DNA of 64,000 nt from Zygnema circumcarinatum SAG 698-1b (Eukaryota > Plantae > Zygnematophyceae). Below are positions 36,101-45,875 of this stretch, in pieces. Both the position numbers and the translations under genes were made by a program. The notes below the pieces were generated by a model. It worked only from the letters and a program-made list of their open reading frames with translations. It was not told the DNA's origin and searched no databases. The stretch's first letter is position 1; every line of letters begins with the position of its first letter. Where the stretch lies: positions 1 to 64,000 of the forward strand of contig CM074821.1 of NCBI GenBank assembly GCA_037447605.1. Direction: 5' to 3'.

Positions 36101-39100
36101 AGAGGGAGAGAAAGAAATGCCTCTTTCTCACTCCTTTGCTCTCTCTCACAGCACACACACTCTCTCTGTTCCTGTTCTTTCTCTCCTGTTCCCACGCTCG
36201 CATCCGTCTCCCTCTGTGTCACGGAAGTGAGAACGAGAGGGACACTAAAGAGGAAAAAGGCTACCACGCGAGAGGGAGAGAGAGAGAAAAGGAATGCCAC
36301 TCTGTCCCTTACTCTCTTGCTCTTTCTCAAGGGACCCTCTCTCTCTCCTTCTTCTCACGTCTCTCGGGAGTGAGAGTGCGCGCGTGCGAGAGAGGGAAAG
36401 GGAGAGAGGGAGAGAGAGAGAGTGAGAGAGAAGTGCCGACAAGACCTCCTCTCCCAGTCTCCGGTACATTTTACAGTGCGACATGTGGCGTCGCACGATG
36501 ACAATCGGCCAATGACACACGTCACATTTTGGGAGCAATATCGCTGGGCGTAATAATTTGGTCAGCCTATGCCTACCAGCTGAACCGGAAACTTAAATCA
36601 ATTTAGTGACTAAATACAGTTGGGGTAAGTGCAAATGTATTTTTTTAAATACAGTTCGACGGAAATGTACTCCTGTTTAGAAGGGCAACCCGTACACCGA
36701 CTTGTGAACGCGACGAAACTTGAGGCTTTGTCTAGTCAAATTTCTTTGTATCCCTTGCTTAGTGCGGGGCATAATGAGGGGCAAGATGCGAAAGGGGAGG
36801 TAGCGAGTGCTCACCGAGCGCCAGTCGCGCAGGCCGCCCTCCGAGGAGATGCCCACGACCACGGGCTGCCTCGCCACGGCGCGCAGCAGCGCTGCCGGGT
36901 CCTCCGTCGGAACGCGCTCCCACTCTACAATCTTAGGCCCTGAAAGAATGCCTTCCTGCAAAACGGGACCCCCTTGGACTGTCAGATGTAAGCTGCTACC
37001 TTTTTGCAAGGTTTTAGCTTTTCCAAAAGCCTGAAGGAAAGGTGATCACGACGGCCCATCCTTTGCTTGAGGACGAGGAGTGAAAGGCGCCTTTGCAGCA
37101 TCCTCACCACTGTCGAATTGGTGCAGGAGCCGTGAAAACTGCCTTGCGTAGAGATGGAGCCCACAGAGGCTGCGTACTCGAGAGCGTCCTCCGTCCAGCC
37201 CCCCCGGCAGGAGCTGAAGGGCCCCGAGCAGGCGAGCAGCTGCTCCGCCGCCAGACCCGGCCCCGCGTACCGCGCGCCGCCCCGCCCCTGCGCGACCAAA
37301 AGGGCGCCCTGGAGGGCCTCCGCCGCGCTGTAGGCCCAACTCCCGTCTGCGCCCCCCCCCCCCCTCCCCGCTGCGCCGTCACTTCGCCGCATACAAATTT
37401 TCTTTTGAAAAAACGTTGAAATTCCCCCTGTTTCAGACGGGGTTTGCACAAGAGAGCCCCTAGGGGCGGGGAACGTACTGCAGGAGCCCTGGTCCTGTGG
37501 AGGCCCAAAGAGGTGCGACCAGTCCACGCTTGATGGAAGGCTGTTGCTGCTATCATAGCGGAAATGCTTGCTGAGCCGCTTCACAGTGAGGATGCGCTCC
37601 TCATCGGCCTCTAGGTTGAGCTCTAGGCCAGTGGTGCGATTGCTGCTGGGGACAGGGGAAGGGCCGACGCAGGCTTCTACATTCTCTGCCAAGTCGCATA
37701 GGCCCGTGCTCTCATCGAAGAGAAGCCCGTCCTCACAGCGTCCAGAGGCCACTTGGACTCCGTTCTGGCACGTGCAGAAGAAGCTGCACAGGCCGCACCC
37801 ACCCGCCCTTCCCAGCGTGAGCGCGCGCCCCGACGCACGCGGGGCCGCGCGGCGGCAGAGGGGCGGAACTGACCGGCAGACCGGCGGCAGGCTCCGGTCG
37901 GCGTGCACTCCGTCCGCTCTCCCGCTGCAGCATTGCGGCAGAGCCTGCGAGAGCAGCAGCATGCCCGCCCGCCCGCAGTGTGAGGTTCGCTCAGTTTCCG
38001 GACCAGCCTAACCGCTTCTCGCACCACTTCGTCAGCAGCCGCCCTTAAACTCTACCAGCGAGCGCATTTGAACTAACCTTGACAACGACAAATGAGAATT
38101 TCTTTCCAGTTTAAAGCATCTCCTAACTGATGATAGTACTTTTTTGTTTGTGAAGATCTTCAGTAATGTGATTAGGAGTTGCAAGGAGAGGGGATACACC
38201 CACAGTGTAAGGGGGTGGTGGACTGCCAGGTGGAAACGGAGGAAAAGGGGGAAAAGTCGGAGGAAAAGGAGGAGGAGGCGCGTTGCTTGGAGTTGGCCTG
38301 CGATGCCTCCCCACGCCGGGCGGGTGCCGTCCACGGGGTCGCCGCTTTCCAACGCCGGGCGGACGCTTTCCACTAGGCTTCCTCTTTCCCACGCCCGGAG
38401 GATGCCGCCCGACGCCGGGCGGGTGCCGTCGAGAGAGCAGCCAGCGGCGTGTGGCAGCGGCCTGCCCTCCCTTTGCCGCATCCCCGGACCCCCCTCCCCC
38501 GGCCTGCCCGCGGCTGGACGGCGCGAAGGCGACCTCCTCGCAGACGCTCGTGACGGGGGAGAACAGGAAGCCTTCCGGGCAGTCGGCCTCTAGGACGACG
38601 CGCCCTCCGCGGCAGCGCCGGAACGAGCTCCCGATCCTGCTCCTGCTCCTGCTCCTGCTCCAGCGCCCACGCGCGGCAGTCAGCGCCTCGACTCCGCCCC
38701 GGGACGGAGCGGGGGGGAGGGGAGGGGAGGGGCGCGGCGCGCACCTGCTGCCGCTCTGCGGCTCCGCGCGCAGCGCCACCGCCAGCTCCAGCCCGTCGCG
38801 GCGGCCCGCGCAGGGTCCGCCCCCGCCCCCGTCCCCGCCCTGCGCCCGCCCGCCCGCCGGCCCCCCGCGGTCGGTAAGTCGGTTCGGTCGGTCGGCGACG
38901 CCGGGCGGCTGACGCGGCGGCCCGCCCCGGAGGACGCGAAGGACCTTCCGTACGCCGCCGTAAGGCCGGTAGGCCGGCGACGTACGGCCGCTCTGCGACA
39001 GTTGGCTCCGCGGGCGCGGGTCCTCTCCCCTCTCTCCCCGGCCGCCCGGGCGGCCCCGCCATGGCGGGGGGGGGAACGCTCGCGCAGAGCCAGCCATGGC

Positions 39101-39325
39101 GGGCCAGGGCCATGGGCCACGCCCAGGCCCATGCTCGCGCAGACTCACCCGTTCCTCGACCGCTCCCTCGAGGCTGCTGTTCTGCGCGACGCCGCCGTCC
39201 GCCCCCGCGGCAGAGGCAGCGCCCAAATGCATAAGCAGCACCAACACGCAGGCCGCGGCGCAGAGCGTGCGCGCCACAGTGAGGCCACGCCTTTCCTCGG
39301 ACGTCAGAATGTGCCAAGAGCGCAT
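30127..39325 (-). CDS. Large secreted mosaic protein: signal peptide - CBM14-like x2 - inactive papain (C1A) domain - F-type lectin - Ser/Pro-rich rod - EGF-like x2 - LysM-like x4 (~1,300 aa)
   Basis: Phase-consistent GT-AG chain with no stop: 39149-39325, 38745-38992, 38204-38636, 37874-37944, 37479-37783, 37108-37346, 36815-36955, 35093-35300, 34655-34753, 34444-34561, 33720-34075, 32868-33323, 32089-32229. LysM exons follow at 31607-31760, 31090-31191, 30862-30978, 30511-30684 and 30127-30408. Only the 32089-to-31760 junction is unresolved: it needs a small 3n+1 exon (e.g. 31938-31974) or a weaker alternative donor. Confidence 0.75.
31049..31083 (+). repeat. (CAGTG)7 intronic microsatellite
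   Basis: Seven perfect copies read directly. Confidence 0.9.
35031..35086 (+). repeat. (GGGA)n intronic microsatellite
   Basis: About 14 copies immediately after the donor of the papain C-terminal exon. Confidence 0.9.
35880..36430. repeat. Alternating GA-rich and CT-rich low-complexity tracts in the 1.5 kb intron of the mosaic gene
   Basis: Blocks such as gagagggagagggagagaaag alternate with ctctctctcacagcacacacactctctctg. Confidence 0.75.
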
Positions 39326-39665
39326 GGCTGCACCTGCAAGGCGCAGGACGCACCGCAATCAGACATGACTGACGTGCCGCCTCGCAGCTCCTCCGGCCCG
39401 CGCGGCCGTGCTCCCCTCGCTCCCCCCCGCTGCCACCCCTCTGCCTGCCTCCCCGACGATAGAAGCGCCCGCCGGCAGCACTTGCGCACTGTTGCGTGCA
39501 GAAGCGAGCAAGCGGTACCTGCTCGGAAGTTGCGCATTGAAGCGCGTCGGCAGGTGCGGGCGGCAGCGCGGGCTGGCGCCCCAAGGCAGGCCGCGACGGG
39601 CGTCGCTTGCGCTCAACTCCGGTCCGCGTGCGTGCGTGCGTGCGTGCCCGCAACCCGCGGCCGGC

Positions 39666-39880
39666 CTCTCCCTCCTCTCTCCTCTCCCTTCTCTCTCTCT
39701 CTCCTCTCTCTCCTCTCTTCTCTCTCTCTCCTCTCTCTCCTCTCTTCTCTCTCTCTCACCTCTCTCTTCTCTCCCTTTCCCTCTCCCTCCCCCTCCCTCC
39801 CTCTCTTCCTCTCCTCCCTTCCTCCCTCCCTCCCTCCCTCTTTTTCTCTTCTCCCCTCCCTGCCTCTCCCCTCTCCCTCT
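39666..39880 (+). repeat. Polypyrimidine (CT-rich) tract upstream of the mosaic gene
   Basis: About 215 bp almost entirely C/T. Confidence 0.9.
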
Positions 39881-40415
39881 CACTCGTCGGCCGCACGCCG
39901 CCGTCCGGCCCCGCCCGCCCGCCTGCCCGCCGCCGCAGAATCGCAGCGTGGCCGTACGGCGGGGTCCGCGTGGCATGCGCGGCGTATGGAGCAGCTCGCC
40001 GCCTTCGCGTCCGTCCGAGACCGCGGGCGGCAGCGGGCGAGCGGGCGGTCGGTCGGTCGGTGGCGGCAGGTCAACGACGACGAACGTGCGCGGGCGGGCC
40101 GCCCGCCCGCCTGCCTGCAGCGAGCCGGCCCGCCAGTGGGGGCGCGCGATTGGCCGGACATGCCCGGGCCTCGAACTGTGCCCCTGCGTCACGTCCCGTC
40201 CCGTCACGATCGGGGCCCCGACGGTGACGACCCCCGTCCGTACTGTTTCGTACCATTCACACATTCCGTACCATGTTCGTACTTATCGTACTTCTCGCAC
40301 GTTTCTCCGTGGTCACGTCACGAGCACGAAAAAATGCACGTACTGTACCCCCCCGAGGCAACGAATCGGGCCGGGACCAACCCTGCATTGCGGCCGTTCA
40401 CGCTCCCCAGACCGA

Positions 40416-40418
40416 CAC

Positions 40419-40465
<47 letters not shown>

Positions 40466-40494
40466 CAGCGACAAACAGAAACACACAGACAGAC

Positions 40495-40529
<35 letters not shown>

Positions 40530-40566
40530 CACAGACAGACAGAGACAGACAGACACACAGACAGAC
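40416..40566 (+). repeat. (ACAG)n imperfect tetranucleotide microsatellite
   Basis: About 150 bp of ACAG/ACAC/AGAG units. Confidence 0.92.
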
Positions 40567-40823
40567 AACACCACAAAGGCAGAAGGCAGTTGCACCAGGT
40601 CGGACCATTGCATCAACCATTAGGGGGAGCCAGACCTTGACTATCGCTTACGAGGCTCCCGAATTCCTTATACGAAAGGTCACTTCTTTCGTGTACGAAT
40701 TCCGGGTCGGGATCCGCGGGTCTGCCGTACACAGTCCTAGCGAAATGGGCACCTAGCCAATGCTTAATTTGCCCGACAGGCTTACAAAATTGACTTGGCG
40801 ATGGTCAAGGTCTGACTCCCCCT

Positions 40824-40995
40824 ATTGCCAATGGTTTGCAACCATTGCCATCAGACTGAAACAACCATTGCCAACGGATCCGAACCATTGGATGGCAATG
40901 GTTGCCAACCATGACAATGGTTGCCAACCATGACAATGGTTGCGAACCATGGCAATGGTTGCAAACCATTGCCATCCAATGGTTGTCCAATGGTT
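40824..40995. repeat. Self-complementary CCATTG/CAATGG repeat with a 19-bp tandem core (TGGCAATGGTTGCCAACCA x4, 40893-40968)
   Basis: Four tandem 19-mers, flanked by AACCATTGCCA and TGGCAATGGTT motifs in both orientations. Confidence 0.85.
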
Positions 40996-41128
40996 ACCGA
41001 TCCAACGGTCCGATCTGTACAGTTGTGAATCAAAACCACGCACTCTGAGAAGGCACAGCGGTAAAGGCAGTAGCCATTATTCATTTTATGCGGTGGTTGG
41101 CATGTGTTGAGTCTTCAGCCGTTTCACT

Positions 41129-44100
41129 CTACTGCCTGCCTTGGCTGCATTCAACTTCCTGCCGGCGCCTGCCGCCCTCGCGCCCGGAGCAGCAGCAGCA
41201 GCAGCAGCAGCCTCTTTCCGACCCGCCGCGGCCTCCGCAGGCGGCGCAGTCTGCACGCCACAGAGGGAGCAGCACGGTCACGGGCCGCCAATCCTCCCCA
41301 CTGCACCCGACAGACGAAACCTTGGCGGCTGGTGACCTCGCAAAAGCAAAGTCACTAGGGAGATTCACATGGTTGAAGCTCACGTTGACCTGCGCTGCCT
41401 TTTTCTTCCGCATCCTCTGCCGCTGCCGCCCCTTATTTCCCTTCGACTTCCTTTCCTTGCCCTTCTGTAAAAACAAAGCGGCCATGCCTCACGCCGAAAA
41501 GACCATCAAATCAAGTGCATCCCATGTGCAGGCATTCTCACAGATAGCAGAATGATCGATTTCATCGTCAATGAGTACAACACCAAACGGAACGGAGACA
41601 CACCCTCCATTCCGAAGGTAAACCAATCAAACTCCGGAAGAAAGCCAGGAAAGAGGGGAGCAAGACCGCCATTCCTACCTCGCTGACTGCGAGAATTCGG
41701 ACCATGCGCTCTGCGTGCGTCTCCGCCTGCTCTTCCTCCTCGCCATCGCTGTTGATGAACAGCAGCAGACGCCCTTCTGCAAGCTTCTTCAGCGACTGCG
41801 CATGGCCCTGCCAGGGACCTCACAAAGCCACAAGCAATAATTTCAAGCTTTGACACCCATGGCCTAAACCCTCTTCAGCACATGATGACTGGACAAACCT
41901 AGGCTTCACCAATGAAACTTTGGAAAGCCAATAAACGCCTTTACAACAACGCTTGTATACTGTAGAGAAAGTCCGAGCTGACCAAGATGCTCAAAGTCTG
42001 CTTGTTGTCCACTTGGCCAAAAAGTAGCTAATGATAAGATGTCTGGACCTTTCCTTTCTTAAGACTGGTACTGATGGACCTTGCAACATGCCTTACCTTA
42101 GATTTTAAGTGCGCCTCCATGGATGCCTCTGACAGGCAGAGCACCTTTGGACACACTCGGCATTTGAGCACTTTCCCTTCTCGTCCCGCGCGCACCACGG
42201 CGTACTCCTCCGCCATCCGGTCCTGCGCGCGCTCCGCCTCGTCCTCGTCGACCGCGTCCGCCCACTGGCTGCTCAGGCCGGCGGGCGGTGGCACTCGCCC
42301 CGTCTCCTGGTTTGAGCCGCTATGCTGCCGCTTCTGTCCTGTGCCGTGACCGACGTCGACCTCGCCATCTGATTCTTCTGCATCCTCACCTTCTTCATCA
42401 TCGACCTCACTGTTATCTTCAGTATCTGCATCTGACAACAGACGAAAAGAAGTAGGTATTGGCATGGGCGCGATAAGGTGCACTGTCTCTCTTGGATGAG
42501 GGGGCTGTTGGGTTTAACAGGCAAACAGAGCTGCATTAAAGCGCTGTAGTGGTTCTAAAGTTGACACTGCGTAATAGGTTGTGGATGTACGAAGGCTAAA
42601 TCTCTACTGGGGTCTAATGCTTCGACTGCTCTGACGGCATGGAGAGTAACCTACAATGCCCCTTCGCTCCCCTCAAGATTGCTGCTCTCCCATCTCATTG
42701 GCCGAGTCGGCTGACTGCTGGCTGCTGGCTGGTCGGACTGATAGCAGCAGTAATATAAGTGCTTGAGAAACATGACATGCTTTAGATATCGGGCTATCAA
42801 AGACATGCCTCTCAGCGCGGTCTCCCTCCCTCCCCCCTCCCCTCCCCTCTCTCTCTCTCTCCCTCTCTCCCCCCTCTCTCTCTGGAGTGAGGTACGCTGG
42901 ACACGACATGTTTTGCAAAATCAGCAAGGATGCTGCACGGCTTTTCGATGGAATACTACCACCACACAGTAGCCATCGCAGCCCGCAGGAGCAGAAGAAA
43001 CGTAAAAATTGACGGCACTCTCGTGATATGAGTACTTACACAACCAGAAGGAAAGGACAAATACAATCACCATATCATATGATATGGAACACAGCTCAAA
43101 ATATAAAAGCTACAACTGATATTATTCAAACAAGAAGGTATCTTTTTGAAGCATACCTGCTTCTCCCTTTTCTTGAGGATCCTGAGTTCTGTCTAACACC
43201 TCGTCCCCTGTTCCGTCAGATTCGTCTCCACTTTCACTGCTGCCTGCATGTCCGGAAGGCGCCAACTTAAGTGCAAGTCTCGCTTTGAGTAACGCCCAAT
43301 AGAACACGGCTGACTACTGCCGCCCCTCGAAGTCTCCGTACGTACAAAAGTACCATACAATCTAGAACTAGCGAATGGTAAGAATCTGCATCTCTCCTTC
43401 GAAAAAGCTCAAATCACTCCTGCCGCGACTGTCTTGGACCTCTCAGCAAACAAATGCAGCTGAGAAACACCTCCTGGATAGTCCCGAAAATCCATGCGGG
43501 GTTCGAATTTATTGAGGTTACGTCTCTGCTTAACCGCTACGCTCAAAATTTCTAACCGAGTCTATGCCGGAGGAATTTCCCAATCCTCCAGCCGTGTGCC
43601 TTTTTTTTGCTTAATGGCGGGAGGGGGCGCAGCAGGACTGTGGGTAAGCGCCACGGCCCTACCTCACCTTGCGAATCGTCGTCGTCTTCGTCGTCGTCGT
43701 CGTCGTCATCGTCGTCGCTGTCAGAGGAGGGGCGATCGCCATCGTTGTGCTCGAGCTTGTAGTAGCGCCGCTTGATCATGGCGCTGAGAAGCGGCAGGCG
43801 GGCGCCGCCGAGGACTCACCAGCCAGCCCCTCTCCCTTCTCCCCTCTCCCCTCTCCNNNNNNNNNNGACACCCATGGCCTAAACCCTCTTCAGCACATGA
43901 TGACTGGACAAACCTAGGCTTCACCAATGAAACTTTGGAAAGCCAATAAACGCCTTTACAACAACGCTTGTATACTGTAGAGAAAGTCCGAGCTGACCAA
44001 GATGCTCAAAGTCTGCTTGTTGTCCACTTGGCCAAAAAGTAGCTAATGATAAGATGTCTGGACCTTTCCTTTCTTAAGACTGGTACTGATGGACCTTGCA

Positions 44101-45798
44101 ACATGCCTTACCTTAGATTTTAAGTGCGCCTCCATGGATGCCTCTGACAGGCAGAGCACCTTTGGACACACTCGGCATTTGAGCACTTTCCCTTCTCGTC
44201 CCGCGCGCACCACGGCGTACTCCTCCGCCATCCGGTCCTGCGCGCGCTCCGCCTCGTCCTCGTCGACCGCGTCCGCCCACTGGCTGCTCAGGCCGGCGGG
44301 CGGTGGCACTCGCCCCGTCTCCTGGTTTGAGCCGCTATGCTGCCGCTTCTGTCCTGTGCCGTGACCGACGTCGACCTCGCCATCTGATTCTTCTGCATCC
44401 TCACCTTCTTCATCATCGACCTCACTGTTATCTTCAGTATCTGCATCTGACAACAGACGAAAAGAAGTAGGTATTGGCATGGGCGCGATAAGGTGCACTG
44501 TCTCTCTTGGATGAGGGGGGGGGCTGTTGGGTTTAACAGGCAAACAGAGCTGCATTAAAGCGCTGTAGTGGTTCTAAAGTTGACACTGCGTAATAGGTTG
44601 TGGATGTACGAAGGCTAAATCTCTACTGGGGTCTAATGCTTCGACTGCTCTGACGGCATGGAGAGTAACCTACAATGCCCCTTCGCTCCCCTCAAGATTG
44701 CTGCTCTCCCATCTCATTGGCCGAGTCGGCTGACTGCTGGCTGCTGGCTGGTCGGACTGATAGCAGCAGTAATATAAGTGCTTGAGAAACATGACATGCT
44801 TTAGATATCGGGCTATCAAAGACATGCCTCTCAGCGCGGTCTCCCTCCCTCCCCCCTCCCCTCCCCTCTCTCTCTCTCTCCCTCTCTCCCCCCTCTCTCT
44901 CTGGAGTGAGGTACGCTGGACACGACATGTTTTGCAAAATCAGCAAGGATGCTGCACGGCTTTTCGATGGAATACTACCACCACACAGTAGCCATCGCAG
45001 CCCGCAGGAGCAGAAGAAACGTAAAAATTGACGGCACTCTCGTGATATGAGTACTTACACAACCAGAAGGAAAGGACAAATACAATCACCATATCATATG
45101 ATATGGAACACAGCTCAAAATATAAAAGCTACAACTGATATTATTCAAACAAGAAGGTATCTTTTTGAAGCATACCTGCTTCTCCCTTTTCTTGAGGATC
45201 CTGAGTTCTGTCTAACACCTCGTCCCCTGTTCCGTCAGATTCGTCTCCACTTTCACTGCTGCCTGCATGTCCGGAAGGCGCCAACTTAAGTGCAAGTCTC
45301 GCTTTGAGTAACGCCCAATAGAACACGGCTGACTACTGCCGCCCCTCGAAGTCTCCGTACGTACAAAAGTACCATACAATCTAGAACTAGCGAATGGTAA
45401 GAATCTGCATCTCTCCTTCGAAAAAGCTCAAATCACTCCTGCCGCGACTGTCTTGGACCTCTCAGCAAACAAATGCAGCTGAGAAACACCTCCTGGATAG
45501 TCCCGAAAATCCATGCGGGGTTCGAATTTATTGAGGTTACGTCTCTGCTTAACCGCTACGCTCAAAATTTCTAACCGAGTCTATGCCGGAGGAATTTCCC
45601 AATCCTCCAGCCGTGTGCCTTTTTTTTGCTTAATGGCGGGAGGGGGCGCAGCAGGACTGTGGGTAAGCGCCACGGCCCTACCTCACCTTGCGAATCGTCG
45701 TCGTCTTCGTCGTCGTCGTCGTCGTCATCGTCGTCGCTGTCAGAGGAGGGGCGATCGCCATCGTTGTGCTCGAGCTTGTAGTAGCGCCGCTTGATCAT
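41129..45798 (-). CDS. Uncharacterised acidic (D/E/S-rich) protein with a single C2H2-like zinc finger and basic C-terminal tail; its 5' half appears twice because of the duplication
   Basis: Phase-consistent exons 45687-45798 (MIKRRYYKLEH..SSDSDDDD), 45176-45262, 44112-44446 (KCRVCPKVLCLSEASMEAHLKSK; copy at 42097-42431), 41679-41807 (GHAQSLKKLAEG..ETHAERMVRI) and ~41384-41464 (KGRQRQRMRKKK). The last exon and stop are unresolved. Confidence 0.65.
41852..43856 (+). repeat. Copy 1 of a 2.0 kb direct duplication
   Basis: Matches 43867-45875 in my manual comparison except one G-run (5 G vs 9 G); ends exactly at the N gap. Confidence 0.95.
43857..43866. other. Assembly gap (10 N)
   Basis: NNNNNNNNNN in the sequence. 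Confidence 1.
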
Positions 45799-45875
45799 GG
45801 CGCTGAGAAGCGGCAGGCGGGCGCCGCCGAGGACTCACCAGCCAGCCCCTCTCCCTTCTCCCCTCTCCCCTCTCC
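43867..45875 (+). repeat. Copy 2 of the 2.0 kb direct duplication
   Basis: Begins immediately after the gap with GACACCCATGG, the same as 41852; the offset is 2015 before the G-run and 2019 after it. Confidence 0.95.

Noticed and set aside
36476-36497. GTGCGAC..GTCGCAC hairpin as a Helitron 3' end
   Set aside because: No CTRR terminus at the expected distance and no second copy in the window.
40661-40702. loxP or cloning-vector contamination (TATACGAA half-site, EcoRI and BamHI sites)
   Set aside because: Arm orientation and sequence do not match loxP and no vector backbone is visible.
39002-40756. 584-aa + strand ORF and overlapping 300-430-aa ORFs
   Set aside because: GC-rich and simple-repeat stop-codon deserts (CT, ACAG tracts) with no recognisable motifs; antisense to or upstream of the mosaic gene.
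40893-40968. Possible CRISPR-like array
   Set aside because: Tandem units have no unique spacers, no cas genes are present, and the context is eukaryotic.
41852-45875. Biological tandem gene duplication or dosage system
   Set aside because: Near identity and exact abutment to the N gap favour an assembly overlap; kept only as an artefact finding.
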